Source of the DNA: Dehalococcoidia bacterium | GTDB lineage: Bacteria > Chloroflexota > Dehalococcoidia > Lucifugimonadales > JAGWBF01 | Length of the DNA: 64,000 nt | Reading direction: 5' to 3' | Assembly: GCA_965224415.1 (NCBI GenBank) | Contig: CBDCZB010000004.1 | Span: forward strand, 667,070-731,069 | In this document: in pieces, positions 45,229 to 53,625 of the stretch | Layout of the letters: each line of letters begins with the position of its first letter | How positions within the stretch are numbered: position 1 is the stretch's first letter | Program-made: the position numbers and the translations under genes | Notes under the pieces: generated by a model | The model's input: the letters and a program-made list of their open reading frames with translations, nothing else | What the model was told of the DNA's origin: nothing | The model's database searches: none

Positions 45229-46026
45229 GTGAAGCCAAGGCGGCCCAATGTGCTAATATCTTATACGACCCCTAGGGCAGTGGCAAGGATTCCCGTGTCT
45301 AAGCATCTTATTTCCGTATCCGTCGTAACGGCCACATACAACGAGCGGCCCAATATAGGACCCTTGTACCGGGCTGTCCGCGAGGCCCTGGAACCGGCGT
45401 GGGACTTCGAACTGATTGTCGTGGACGACAACTCGCCCGACGGCACGTCCGAGGAGGTGGCCGGTCTGGCCGAGAAGGACGACCGGGTGCGGCTTGTCAG
45501 CAGGCCTGCCAAGCTGGGGCTGGCCAGCGCCTTGGCCGACGGGTTTCGGGCGGCTAAGGGAGACTGCTGGGTGATGATGGACGCAGACCTCTCTCACCGC
45601 CCTCAAGACATCCCTCGACTGCTGGAAGCCTTGTCCAAGGCGCCAATAGCCATAGGCTCCCGTTATGTAAAATATGGAGGCACGGAGAATTGGCCCATAC
45701 ACCGGTGTTGGGGCAGCAAGCTGGCGTCAGCGTTGGGCAGAACTGTGGTCGGGCTGCCTGTCAGAGACCTCACGTCGGGCTACGCGGCTTTTAGGCGGGA
45801 CTTGATGGCCGCGACCATGCCACACCTTGACCCTCGGGGGTTCAAGTTCCTGCTGGACGTGCTGGCCCGAAACCGGGGCGTCAGTGTGGAGGAAGTCCCC
45901 ATCGTATTCGTAGACCGTACGCAGGGTAAGTCCAAGTTCGGCGCCGGGGAGATAGTCGCCTTCTTCAAGCAATGCTGGAGATTGAGGAGACAAAGAAGCC
46001 GGAATACTGAGAAGGAGCAGCTATGA
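45229..46026 (+). CDS. GT2 polyprenol-phosphate mannosyl/glucosyl-transferase (Dpm1-like)
   Basis: SVVTATYNERPNI, VVDDNSPDGT, MDADLSH and GSRY motifs. The start is uncertain (45229 or GTG 45295). Confidence 0.85.
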   Translation: MKPRRPNVLISYTTPRAVARIPVSKHLISVSVVTATYNERPNIGPLYRAVREALEPAWDFELIVVDDNSPDGTSEEVAGLAEKDDRVRLVSRPAKLGLASALADGFRAAKGDCWVMMDADLSHRPQDIPRLLEALSKAPIAIGSRYVKYGGTENWPIHRCWGSKLASALGRTVVGLPVRDLTSGYAAFRRDLMAATMPHLDPRGFKFLLDVLARNRGVSVEEVPIVFVDRTQGKSKFGAGEIVAFFKQCWRLRRQRSRNTEKEQL

Positions 46027-47021
46027 AAATCGCCTTTTCACCTCCATACGTGGTAGATGCACCCGTAGACGTAACGCCACTGGCAAAGCTGGGCGAGTCC
46101 CTGGGATTCGAGTCGATATGGTTCGGGGAGCATCCCGTGATGCCCACCGCCGTCGCCGACCCCGAATACGTTAAGGGACCCACGCCGTGGACCGGTTCCG
46201 TTGGAATCACCGACGAGGTCCTCAAGAAGTACAACCTGGAACCGGGAGAGGCCGCGGAACGCCGACCCTGGCCCGGATGGCGCGGCTCTCCCGACGGGAC
46301 CGTCCCCCAATGGATAGGGCACATGATGGACCCCTTCGTGGCCTTGGCCCAAGCCGGGGCCGTGACCACGACGCTGGGGCTGGGCACGGCCATCTGCCTC
46401 GTTCCCGAAAGACACCCCGTTCACACCGCAAAGGAGGTGGCCACCCTGGACCAGCTGTCCAAGGGAAGGTTCCTGTTCGGCATAGGCTCAGGCATCTTCC
46501 GGGAAGAAGTGGAAATCATGGGAGGAAACTTTGACCGGCGGTGGGGCCAGACCAAAGAGGCCATCATGGCCATGAAGAACATCTGGACCACCGACGTCTC
46601 GGAGTTTCACGGCAGACACTATGACTTCCCGCCCTTCTGGTGCTATCCGAAACCCTACCAGAAGCCCCACCCTCCTATTATCCTGGGCGGCAGGGCTGAG
46701 CGGATTTTCCAGCGCATCGTGGACTATGGAGACGGCTGGCACGCCAGCCGATGCAGGCCTGAGACCGTCCGCGAGGGTCGGACAAAGCTGGACGAGCTTG
46801 CCCTGAAGGCCGGGCGCGACCCCAAAAGCATAGAGATCATGATTTCCCTGGGCGGTCACCGTTTCGACTATCCTATGCCCGACCGGGAGACCCTGAAGAC
46901 CTACGAGGAGGCGGGAACGGACCGGGTTGTGGTGCTCATGCCCGGTTCAGACGTCCCCGGCACACCCACTGACGTCGTGGCCGAAGAAATGGAAAAGTTC
47001 GCCAGGCAGACGCTGTTGTAA
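46023..47021 (+). CDS. LLM-class (luciferase-like) oxidoreductase, probably F420-dependent
   Basis: LGFESIWFGEHPVMP and RFLFGIGSG motifs. The ATG overlaps the GT2 stop (ATGA). Confidence 0.8.
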   Translation: MKIAFSPPYVVDAPVDVTPLAKLGESLGFESIWFGEHPVMPTAVADPEYVKGPTPWTGSVGITDEVLKKYNLEPGEAAERRPWPGWRGSPDGTVPQWIGHMMDPFVALAQAGAVTTTLGLGTAICLVPERHPVHTAKEVATLDQLSKGRFLFGIGSGIFREEVEIMGGNFDRRWGQTKEAIMAMKNIWTTDVSEFHGRHYDFPPFWCYPKPYQKPHPPIILGGRAERIFQRIVDYGDGWHASRCRPETVREGRTKLDELALKAGRDPKSIEIMISLGGHRFDYPMPDRETLKTYEEAGTDRVVVLMPGSDVPGTPTDVVAEEMEKFARQTLL

Positions 47022-47113
47022 CTCCCTGGCAATTCTTCTAATTTGACATCCATTAAGGGGGATACCATAATCGCGAAAACGGCCCCGAACCATCTCAGGA
47101 CAGGGAGGTTGGC

Positions 47114-48103
47114 ATGACTTCAAGCAAACCTAAAGTAGCCTTTTTGGCAGGCCCGATGTATGGGCGTACGGCCGGACCCAGGTTTATAGAAGGCGCGCCG
47201 GACGACATCGAGGCCTTCATCATCGACTACGCCCTATCCGACCAGGAGAAGATCGGCCTTTGCAAGGACGTTGAGGCCCTGATGTTGTTGTCCGAACCCT
47301 ACGACTTCGAGTTTCTCCGATCATGCCCGTCCATCAAACTCATCCAGTCCTTCAGCGCAGGCAACGATTTGCTGGACCTGCGGAAATTGGCCGAAATAGG
47401 GATACCGGTGGCCAGCAACGGCGGCTCAAACGCCATCACCGTTGCCGAGCACACCATCGGGCTGATGGTATCGATATGCCGAAACATGATGAGCATGTGG
47501 AACAGCACCACGGTGGAGCGCAAGTGGCGGTCGGCGGTGACGCCCCGCGTCAACATGGAAATCACCGGCAAGACGGTTGGTCTGGTGGGTCTGGGACCCA
47601 TCGGCGGCAACGTGGCCAGACTGCTCCGGGGCTTTGACGTGGACACAATCTTCTACGACGTGGCAGAAGTGTCCGCCGAGCGTCAGGCGCAGTTGCAGGC
47701 CCGTCCAGTCGCGTTCGACGAAGTGTTCCGGCTGTCGGACATCGTGTCCCTCCACGTCCCCCTGAGCTCCAGGACCCGCAAGCTGGTGGGAGCGAGAGAA
47801 CTGGGAATGATGAAGCCCTCGGCCTACCTAATCAACACCTGCCGCGGCGGCGTGGTGGACGAGCAAGCCCTCTATGAGACCCTGAAGGACGGGAGGATAG
47901 CGGGCGCCGGTCTGGACGTGCTGGAAGAGGAGCCTACGCCGCCCGACAACCCCCTGTTCGACCTGCCCAACGTCATCATCACCCCCCATTCGGCCGCGGG
48001 CAGCAGGGAGAGTTCAGCACGCAGCGTGGCCTTCTGCTACGGGAACGTCAAGCGCTCCCTGGCCGGAGAACAACCGGAGTCCCTGATAACCTCGGTGGAT
48101 TAG
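47114..48103 (+). CDS. D-isomer-specific 2-hydroxyacid dehydrogenase
   Basis: GLVGLGPIGGNVARL NAD motif, plus NTCRGGVVDE and ITPHSAA. Confidence 0.85.
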   Translation: MTSSKPKVAFLAGPMYGRTAGPRFIEGAPDDIEAFIIDYALSDQEKIGLCKDVEALMLLSEPYDFEFLRSCPSIKLIQSFSAGNDLLDLRKLAEIGIPVASNGGSNAITVAEHTIGLMVSICRNMMSMWNSTTVERKWRSAVTPRVNMEITGKTVGLVGLGPIGGNVARLLRGFDVDTIFYDVAEVSAERQAQLQARPVAFDEVFRLSDIVSLHVPLSSRTRKLVGARELGMMKPSAYLINTCRGGVVDEQALYETLKDGRIAGAGLDVLEEEPTPPDNPLFDLPNVIITPHSAAGSRESSARSVAFCYGNVKRSLAGEQPESLITSVD

Positions 48104-48149
48104 TCCAGCCAGCTTCTGACAGGACACTTCGGGAATCGAGCTAGGTGCA

Positions 48150-48479
48150 TTAGGGTCCAAATACCGCCCGTCGCAACGTGTCGTTGAGCCGTGTCTGCCA
48201 TCCCTTCCCACTCTGTCGGAAATGGTCTGCCAGGTCCGAATCGAGTCGGATGGAGAGAAGTTTCTTAGTTGGAGCTTTCTGCCTGCCCCTCGTTCGATGA
48301 AAGCTCTCAACAACGTGTGGGACGACTTCACTGGCCGGTCGAGCCTGTTTGAACCACTCTTCGTCTAGCTCGAACGTATCCGGGTCGGCGGCGATGCCGG
48401 CCTGGATTGCGGCTTCTTCGCCGTATTTTGCGGCAATCTCGTCAAACGTCATACCAGTTATATCAGGTCGTTTGGGCAT
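48150..48479 (-). CDS. brnA: BrnA-type antitoxin (ribbon-helix-helix)
   Basis: MPKRPDITGMTFDE...KKLLSIRLDSDLADHFRQSGKGWQTRLNDTLR. The start is internal to the track ORF. Confidence 0.75.
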   Translation of the reverse strand: MPKRPDITGMTFDEIAAKYGEEAAIQAGIAADPDTFELDEEWFKQARPASEVVPHVVESFHRTRGRQKAPTKKLLSIRLDSDLADHFRQSGKGWQTRLNDTLRRAVFGP

Positions 48480-48727
48480 GAACTTCCTCTTCTCGCTGAT
48501 TGGCCCTGCGCAGACTGATGATTCGTATAACGTCGCCACGCTCCGTAAACACAAGGACGTGGAGCCGTCCATTGATTCGGCCATATGCTATGGTACGAAG
48601 TTCACCGTGCCTTTCATTCTGTCGAAGGAGCGCAGTGTCCCAATCAAAATGATAAACGGCCTCGAAAGCAACTCCGTGCTTTGCATGATTAGAGCTTCCT
48701 TATGGCTTCGTCCCACTCGTACTCAAT
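48463..48727 (-). pseudogene. brnT: BrnT-type toxin gene, disrupted (no start codon plus one frameshift)
   Basis: One frame gives IEYEWDEAIRKL-stop (48727-48689). A second frame gives SSNHAKHGVAFEAV...RIISLRRANQREEE (48699-48466). Together they rebuild a BrnT-like protein only if 1 nt near 48692 is skipped. ATT occupies the expected ATG position. Confidence 0.6.
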
Positions 48728-48828
48728 GCCTTTATTATATCGACAATTTGGTGTCTGGTAAATTGGTCCACCTTACTCCACTGGGATGAACCTTTCGAGT
48801 GTTGGAGGCGGATGGATATGCTTGGTAT

Positions 48829-48857
48829 TTGACAAAGTGTTGTGAACGTCCTAAAAA
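48829..48857 (+). promoter_or_regulatory. sigma70-like promoter upstream of tRNA-Thr (TTGACA-17-TAAAAA)
   Basis: TTGACAaagtgttgtgaacgtccTAAAAA ends 24 nt before the tRNA 5' end. Confidence 0.4.
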
Positions 48858-48881
48858 GACGCTACATTTAACTAACTAGCC

Positions 48882-48956
48882 GCCGACGTAGCTCAGTGGT
48901 AGAGCAGCGGTTTCGTAAACCGCAGGCCGTGGGTTCGAATCCCACCGTCGGCTCCA
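48882..48956 (+). tRNA. tRNA-Thr (anticodon CGU), CCA encoded
   Basis: Hand-folded cloverleaf: acceptor GCCGACG/CGTCGGC, D arm GCTC/GAGC, anticodon arm GCGGT-TTCGTAA-ACCGC, T arm GTGGG-TTCGAAT-CCCAC. G1-C72 and C2-G71 are present. Confidence 0.9.
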
Positions 48957-49030
48957 TCCCCTGGCTAAAGACACTTCCCAAATTAGCCGCTATAATAGGC
49001 GACGGAGTTGGCGGTTAAGCCGCCGTAGAT

Positions 49031-50041
49031 ATGGCACAAGACACAAAAAAGCCTTTGCTGGAGGTCAACAACCTCCACACATATTTCTTCAACCGCCGCG
49101 GCATCGCCAAAGCCGTTGACGGAATCACCTTCTCCGTGTCCGAAGGGGAGACGCTGGGCATAGTCGGCGAGTCCGGCTGCGGCAAGTCAATGACCGCCTT
49201 GTCGATCCTGAGACTTATTCCCAGACCGGCGGCGCGAATCGTTGACGGCGAGGTGCTGCTGGAAGGGGAGAACCTCCTGGAGAAGACGGAGAAGGAGATG
49301 CGGGAAGTCCGCGGGCGGCGCATCTCAATGATTCTTCAGGACCCCCAAACATCCCTGAACCCCGTGTTCACCATCGGCAATCAACTGGTGGAGGCGCTGA
49401 GGACACACAACCGCCAGGGCGGCTCCCACAAGAGCATGGTGAACCAGGCGGTGGAGGCGCTCAGAGGCGTGAAGATCGCCGCTCCAGAACGCCGTATGGA
49501 CGACTACCCCCACCAGATGAGCGGCGGCATGAAGCAGCGTGTGGTGGGCGCCATCGGACTGTCCTCCTACCCCAAGGTGATCATAGCCGACGAACCCACT
49601 ACGGCCCTAGACGTGACCATCCAGCTCCAGTACCTGCGTCTCCTCAAAGACATACAGGCGGAAACCGGTCTCGCCATCATCTTCATCACCCACGACTTCG
49701 GCATCGTGGCCCGGATGTGCGACCGCGTGGCCGTGATGTATGCGGGCCGCATAGTCGAGAGCGCTGACGTCAGGGACCTGTTCAACAAACCAAGCCACCC
49801 CTACACCCAGGCCCTCATAGCCTCGGTGCCCCAGATGGAACGAACCGAGAGGCTCTTCTCCATTGAAGGACAACCTCCTGCGTTGTACGACCTGCCGCCG
49901 GGGTGCAGGTTCGCCCCCCGCTGCATATACGCCCAGCAACGCTGTCATGACGAATACCCGCAGTCACACCTCGTCTCCGATGACCACACTGCCAACTGTT
50001 GGATGCTCCATCCTTCCTGGGAAGAACCAACCGGCGAATAG
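49031..50041 (+). CDS. peptide/nickel-type ABC transporter ATP-binding protein (OppD/DppD-like)
   Basis: GESGCGKS, LSGGMKQR and IIADEPTTALD motifs, plus the C-terminal oligopeptide domain (PSHPYT). Confidence 0.9.
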   Translation: MAQDTKKPLLEVNNLHTYFFNRRGIAKAVDGITFSVSEGETLGIVGESGCGKSMTALSILRLIPRPAARIVDGEVLLEGENLLEKTEKEMREVRGRRISMILQDPQTSLNPVFTIGNQLVEALRTHNRQGGSHKSMVNQAVEALRGVKIAAPERRMDDYPHQMSGGMKQRVVGAIGLSSYPKVIIADEPTTALDVTIQLQYLRLLKDIQAETGLAIIFITHDFGIVARMCDRVAVMYAGRIVESADVRDLFNKPSHPYTQALIASVPQMERTERLFSIEGQPPALYDLPPGCRFAPRCIYAQQRCHDEYPQSHLVSDDHTANCWMLHPSWEEPTGE

Positions 50042-50043
50042 AC

Positions 50044-51018
50044 ATGCAACAAGAAGACCTTATTCGAGTCGAGGACCTCAAGAAGCACTTCCCGGTGACC
50101 CGCGGCTTGGTGTTCATGAAGACCATCGGCCACGTCCAGGCGGTGGACGGCATCAGCTTTTCCATCGGACACGGGGAGACGTTGGGACTGGTGGGAGAGT
50201 CCGGCTGTGGCAAGACCACGACTGCCAAGCTAATGCTGAAGCTGGAGACGCCGACTGAAGGGCGCATTTTGCTGGAGGGACAAGACATCCAGGGCTTCAA
50301 AGGCCAGGAGCTCAAGGATTTCCGCACTGAGGTGCAGGCCGTGTTCCAGGACCCCTGGTCGTCACTCAGCCCCAGGATGAAGGTCAAGGACATCGTAGCC
50401 GAAGCCCTAGTGGTGAACCGCAAAGTCTCACAGGATGAGAAGGTCAGGCGGGTCGCCGAGGTGCTGGATCAGGTCGGCCTTCATAGCGAGCAGGCCAACC
50501 TGTACCCCCACGAATTCAGCGGAGGGCAGCGTCAGCGGGTGGCGGTCGCCTCAGCCCTGGCTTCTTATCCCAAACTGATAATCCTGGACGAGCCGGTGTC
50601 GGCGCTGGACGTGTCCATCAGGGCCCAGGTGATGAATCTGCTGGTGGACCTGCAGAAGGAGACGGGGGTGGCCTACCTCCTGGTGGCCCACAACCTGGCC
50701 ACCGTGAGGTACATGGCCCACGTCACCGCTGTGATGTACCTGGGGAAAATCGTGGAGCACGGTCCCACCGAGGAGCTCTACCAGGAACCGTTGCACCCCT
50801 ACACCAAGGCCTTATTCTCGGCAGCTCTGCCGTCCCACCCCGACACCGTCCGGGAAGAAATCGTCCTGGAGGGCGAGGTGCCCTCTCCCATCAATCCCCC
50901 CTCAGGCTGCCGCTTCAACCCCAGGTGCCCAATGGCCTTCGATAGGTGCTCAGTAGACGTCCCTGTCCTCAAGGACATGGGCAATGGCCACAACGTGGCC
51001 TGCCACCTCTACGACTAA
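50044..51018 (+). CDS. peptide/nickel-type ABC transporter ATP-binding protein (OppF/DppF-like)
   Basis: GESGCGKTT, FSGGQRQR, ILDEPVSALD and HPYTKAL motifs. Confidence 0.9.
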   Translation: MQQEDLIRVEDLKKHFPVTRGLVFMKTIGHVQAVDGISFSIGHGETLGLVGESGCGKTTTAKLMLKLETPTEGRILLEGQDIQGFKGQELKDFRTEVQAVFQDPWSSLSPRMKVKDIVAEALVVNRKVSQDEKVRRVAEVLDQVGLHSEQANLYPHEFSGGQRQRVAVASALASYPKLIILDEPVSALDVSIRAQVMNLLVDLQKETGVAYLLVAHNLATVRYMAHVTAVMYLGKIVEHGPTEELYQEPLHPYTKALFSAALPSHPDTVREEIVLEGEVPSPINPPSGCRFNPRCPMAFDRCSVDVPVLKDMGNGHNVACHLYD

Positions 51019-51145
51019 GCCGCCAGCGGGCGCCCTCGCCTTCGACCTGCCACAGTTTCGAGTCCAACCCACCCACTATTTGCATTCCTATGCCTTCCCC
51101 ATCGCACATCTCAAACTGTCAACAGGTCAACGCAAATAACAGCAT

Positions 51146-51188
51146 CGAGGGCGGGCATTCGGCCTTTGCGACCCGATGCCCGCCCTCG
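51146..51188. terminator. strong stem-loop between convergent genes (13-bp perfect stem)
   Basis: CGAGGGCGGGCAT-17 nt-ATGCCCGCCCTCG between oppF-like (+) and the SBP gene (-). Confidence 0.6.
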
Positions 51189-51214
51189 TAATGGAGCGCC
51201 GTTTAGTTTTCGGG

Positions 51215-53317
51215 CTAATTCTTGACTGCGACCGTGTATTCCAGGTCTCTGATTCCCCACACGCCGGAAGTTATGTGGTCCTCCACGACGGTGGGGTCCA
51301 CGGTGAACAGGGTGGGCAGGTGGAACAGGGGCATGAACGCATACTCTTCAAACACTACGTCTCCCATATCCTGAAGAATCTCGTGCCTCCTGTCCAGGTC
51401 CGTCACCGTTGACAGCTCCTCGTAGAGGGTGTCGATGGTGTCATTCTCGAAGAACTGGCAGCAGAAGTTGACCAGTTCTCGCCCGCTGTAGAGATATATC
51501 TGGGCGTTGCTCGGCTCCTCCCATCGGCCAGCGTTGTCCATCCAGGCCACGCCTCCCCAAGACGCAGTCCTGAAGGCCGCGTTGTAGCTGGCGTGCTCCC
51601 TGACTTCCGTTCCATCGTCGACCGGTATGCCGATTTCCTTCCAGTAGTTGAAGATGGCTTGTGCGACCTCAGGACCCTGCGGGAAGTTAGGCTGTAAACC
51701 TATCAGGAACAACACCTTGGACCAGTCCAATGGCTGTCCGATTTCCGCCTCGGCTTCCTTCAGAAGTTCTTTGGCCCGTTCTGGGTCGTAGCCGTACTTC
51801 TCCTCGAACCGCTCTTCCCACTCAGGGTTCCACCCGCGGATGGTGGGGTGGAAGGGATGCACGTAGGCCAGCTCACCTTTGCCGCCCAGTATCGTTTTCA
51901 AGATTGTCTGTCGGTCCACGGCCCGGTTCAGAGCCTCTCTGACTTTCTTATTGATCCAGGGCACCTCAGTCGCCGGGTGGAATGTGTCAGAGAAGGGCAG
52001 GTCTGGAAAAGCTCCTGTCCTCTTGCCCACAAACTTATCGGGATAGAAGGTCCCGCCGTAGAGCAGGTAGGGGTTCGAGTGCGGAATCTTGGAAGGAATG
52101 GAAATCATCCCGCCGGCGACGGCAGTGCGCTCCAAGTCCGGCGGCAACAGGGTCATGTGGATCTGACCGGATAGGAGCTCGGCCATCCGGGTGGCGGCCT
52201 CTTTGACGTTGAAAATTTGCACCTCGTCGAAGTCCGGGTTCACCCTCCAGTGTTCGTAGGGTGTTCGTTCGTGGAGGACATAGGCGCCGGACTCCCGCAC
52301 CACATATTGATAGGGGCCTGTGCCTACGGGACTGGTCGCCACAGCGGCGTCTCCCCCGACGTCCAGGTGGTCCTTGCTAAATACGTAGGTGGTGTTCCGG
52401 TTGCTCAGTATCCAATCAAAGTTGATGGTGGGCTCCGCCAGGTGGAATATCACAGTATGGTCGTCTACTACTTCCAGGTTCGGGATTACCTGGTTGTTCC
52501 ACAGAGCCTTCCGTGTCGACTGAGACTCATCCCGAGCCTCATGTACCAGCGTCTCCACCAGGTCTGCGCTGCTGAACTCACCAAAGTCCTTGTGGAACTT
52601 GACTCCCTGGCGCAGATTGAATGTCCAGGTCATCTTGTCGGCGCTGGCCTCCCAGGACTCGGCCAGCATTGGCTCCATTTGTCCCAACTCATCGTACCGC
52701 ACCAGCGCCTCGTACATGTGAACGTATTGGGGCTGATTGAACGACGACGAGCGAGTCGGGTCGTTGGACTCTACGTTTATGTCGGTGGCGACCAACAGCC
52801 TCTCTACGACGGGACTCATCATCATCATGGATTCGTCTGGCGTTGGCTCGGGAGTGGCCGTGGGAGGTATCTGGGCCACGGCCTCGGACACCGCCCGCTG
52901 GACGCCTTCGTCAACAGCGGTCCGTATCGCCGCTTCCACCTGTTCGACGGTCAGGCCCTCCGGAATCTCGGAAATGGCCTGGGCCACAATGGACTGCACC
53001 TCCTCAGCGGACAGTCCCTCGGGGATGTTGGCGATTGCAGAGGACACTATGGCCTGCACATCCTCCGAGGATAGGCCTTCAGGGATGTCGATGCCCTTAA
53101 TCCCATCGTCTACGATGCCTCGGATGCTCTGAGTCAGAGCCTCGAAGTCAACCGGCGTCGGAGTGGGCTGAGGCGTGGAGGTCGGAGACGGGGTGTTCGT
53201 GGCAGGTGGCGGTGGTGTCGCTCCGTCGCCTCCGCAGGCTCCTGCTATTAGAAACACCAACGCCAGAACCAGGGTCATGGTCCCCAGGGGATTCCGGAAA
53301 ATAGACTGTATCGTCAT
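51215..53317 (-). CDS. family-5 (peptide/nickel-type) ABC substrate-binding lipoprotein with an extended repeat-bearing N-terminus
   Basis: Signal peptide plus lipobox LIAGACGG, a PT linker, three 20-aa repeats, then the SBP_bac_5-like body. ATG 53317 follows GGAGGGAG. Confidence 0.85.
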   Translation of the reverse strand: MTIQSIFRNPLGTMTLVLALVFLIAGACGGDGATPPPPATNTPSPTSTPQPTPTPVDFEALTQSIRGIVDDGIKGIDIPEGLSSEDVQAIVSSAIANIPEGLSAEEVQSIVAQAISEIPEGLTVEQVEAAIRTAVDEGVQRAVSEAVAQIPPTATPEPTPDESMMMMSPVVERLLVATDINVESNDPTRSSSFNQPQYVHMYEALVRYDELGQMEPMLAESWEASADKMTWTFNLRQGVKFHKDFGEFSSADLVETLVHEARDESQSTRKALWNNQVIPNLEVVDDHTVIFHLAEPTINFDWILSNRNTTYVFSKDHLDVGGDAAVATSPVGTGPYQYVVRESGAYVLHERTPYEHWRVNPDFDEVQIFNVKEAATRMAELLSGQIHMTLLPPDLERTAVAGGMISIPSKIPHSNPYLLYGGTFYPDKFVGKRTGAFPDLPFSDTFHPATEVPWINKKVREALNRAVDRQTILKTILGGKGELAYVHPFHPTIRGWNPEWEERFEEKYGYDPERAKELLKEAEAEIGQPLDWSKVLFLIGLQPNFPQGPEVAQAIFNYWKEIGIPVDDGTEVREHASYNAAFRTASWGGVAWMDNAGRWEEPSNAQIYLYSGRELVNFCCQFFENDTIDTLYEELSTVTDLDRRHEILQDMGDVVFEEYAFMPLFHLPTLFTVDPTVVEDHITSGVWGIRDLEYTVAVKN

Positions 53318-53479
53318 TGCTCCCTCCATTAAACGTGGCACACTTAACGCGTTACTGCCATGGACCGCCGGTAGGCTTATTATGGAGCGTCGGTGGGGAG
53401 AGGGTTCTACTCCACGGTTGGGCGACGCTCCCCGTTAACTCTCAGTGGCTATATGTGGAACGAATAGCAATTGGGCTAT
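53318..53479 (-). promoter_or_regulatory. conserved 5' leader of SBP gene 1 (candidate cis-regulatory RNA)
   Basis: The core at 53384-53433 is shared with 61596-61645. See findings. Confidence 0.5.
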
Positions 53480-53508
53480 AAATTACGCCAACTTGACTAC
53501 CTTGTCAA
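53480..53508 (-). promoter_or_regulatory. sigma70-like promoter TTGACA-17-TAATTT of SBP gene 1
   Basis: The minus strand reads TTGACAaggtagtcaagttggcgTAATTT, nearly identical to the promoter at 61692-61720. Confidence 0.55.
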
Positions 53509-53625
53509 CCTGACAACGCGATTCGGTAATTCTCGAACATTCTCAAATGTGCGGTCGGATTACGAGCGTCGCAAAGGCGCCGAACCTGTCAATTAGTCTC
53601 GGTTGGGGTTCGGTCCAATTGGGGA

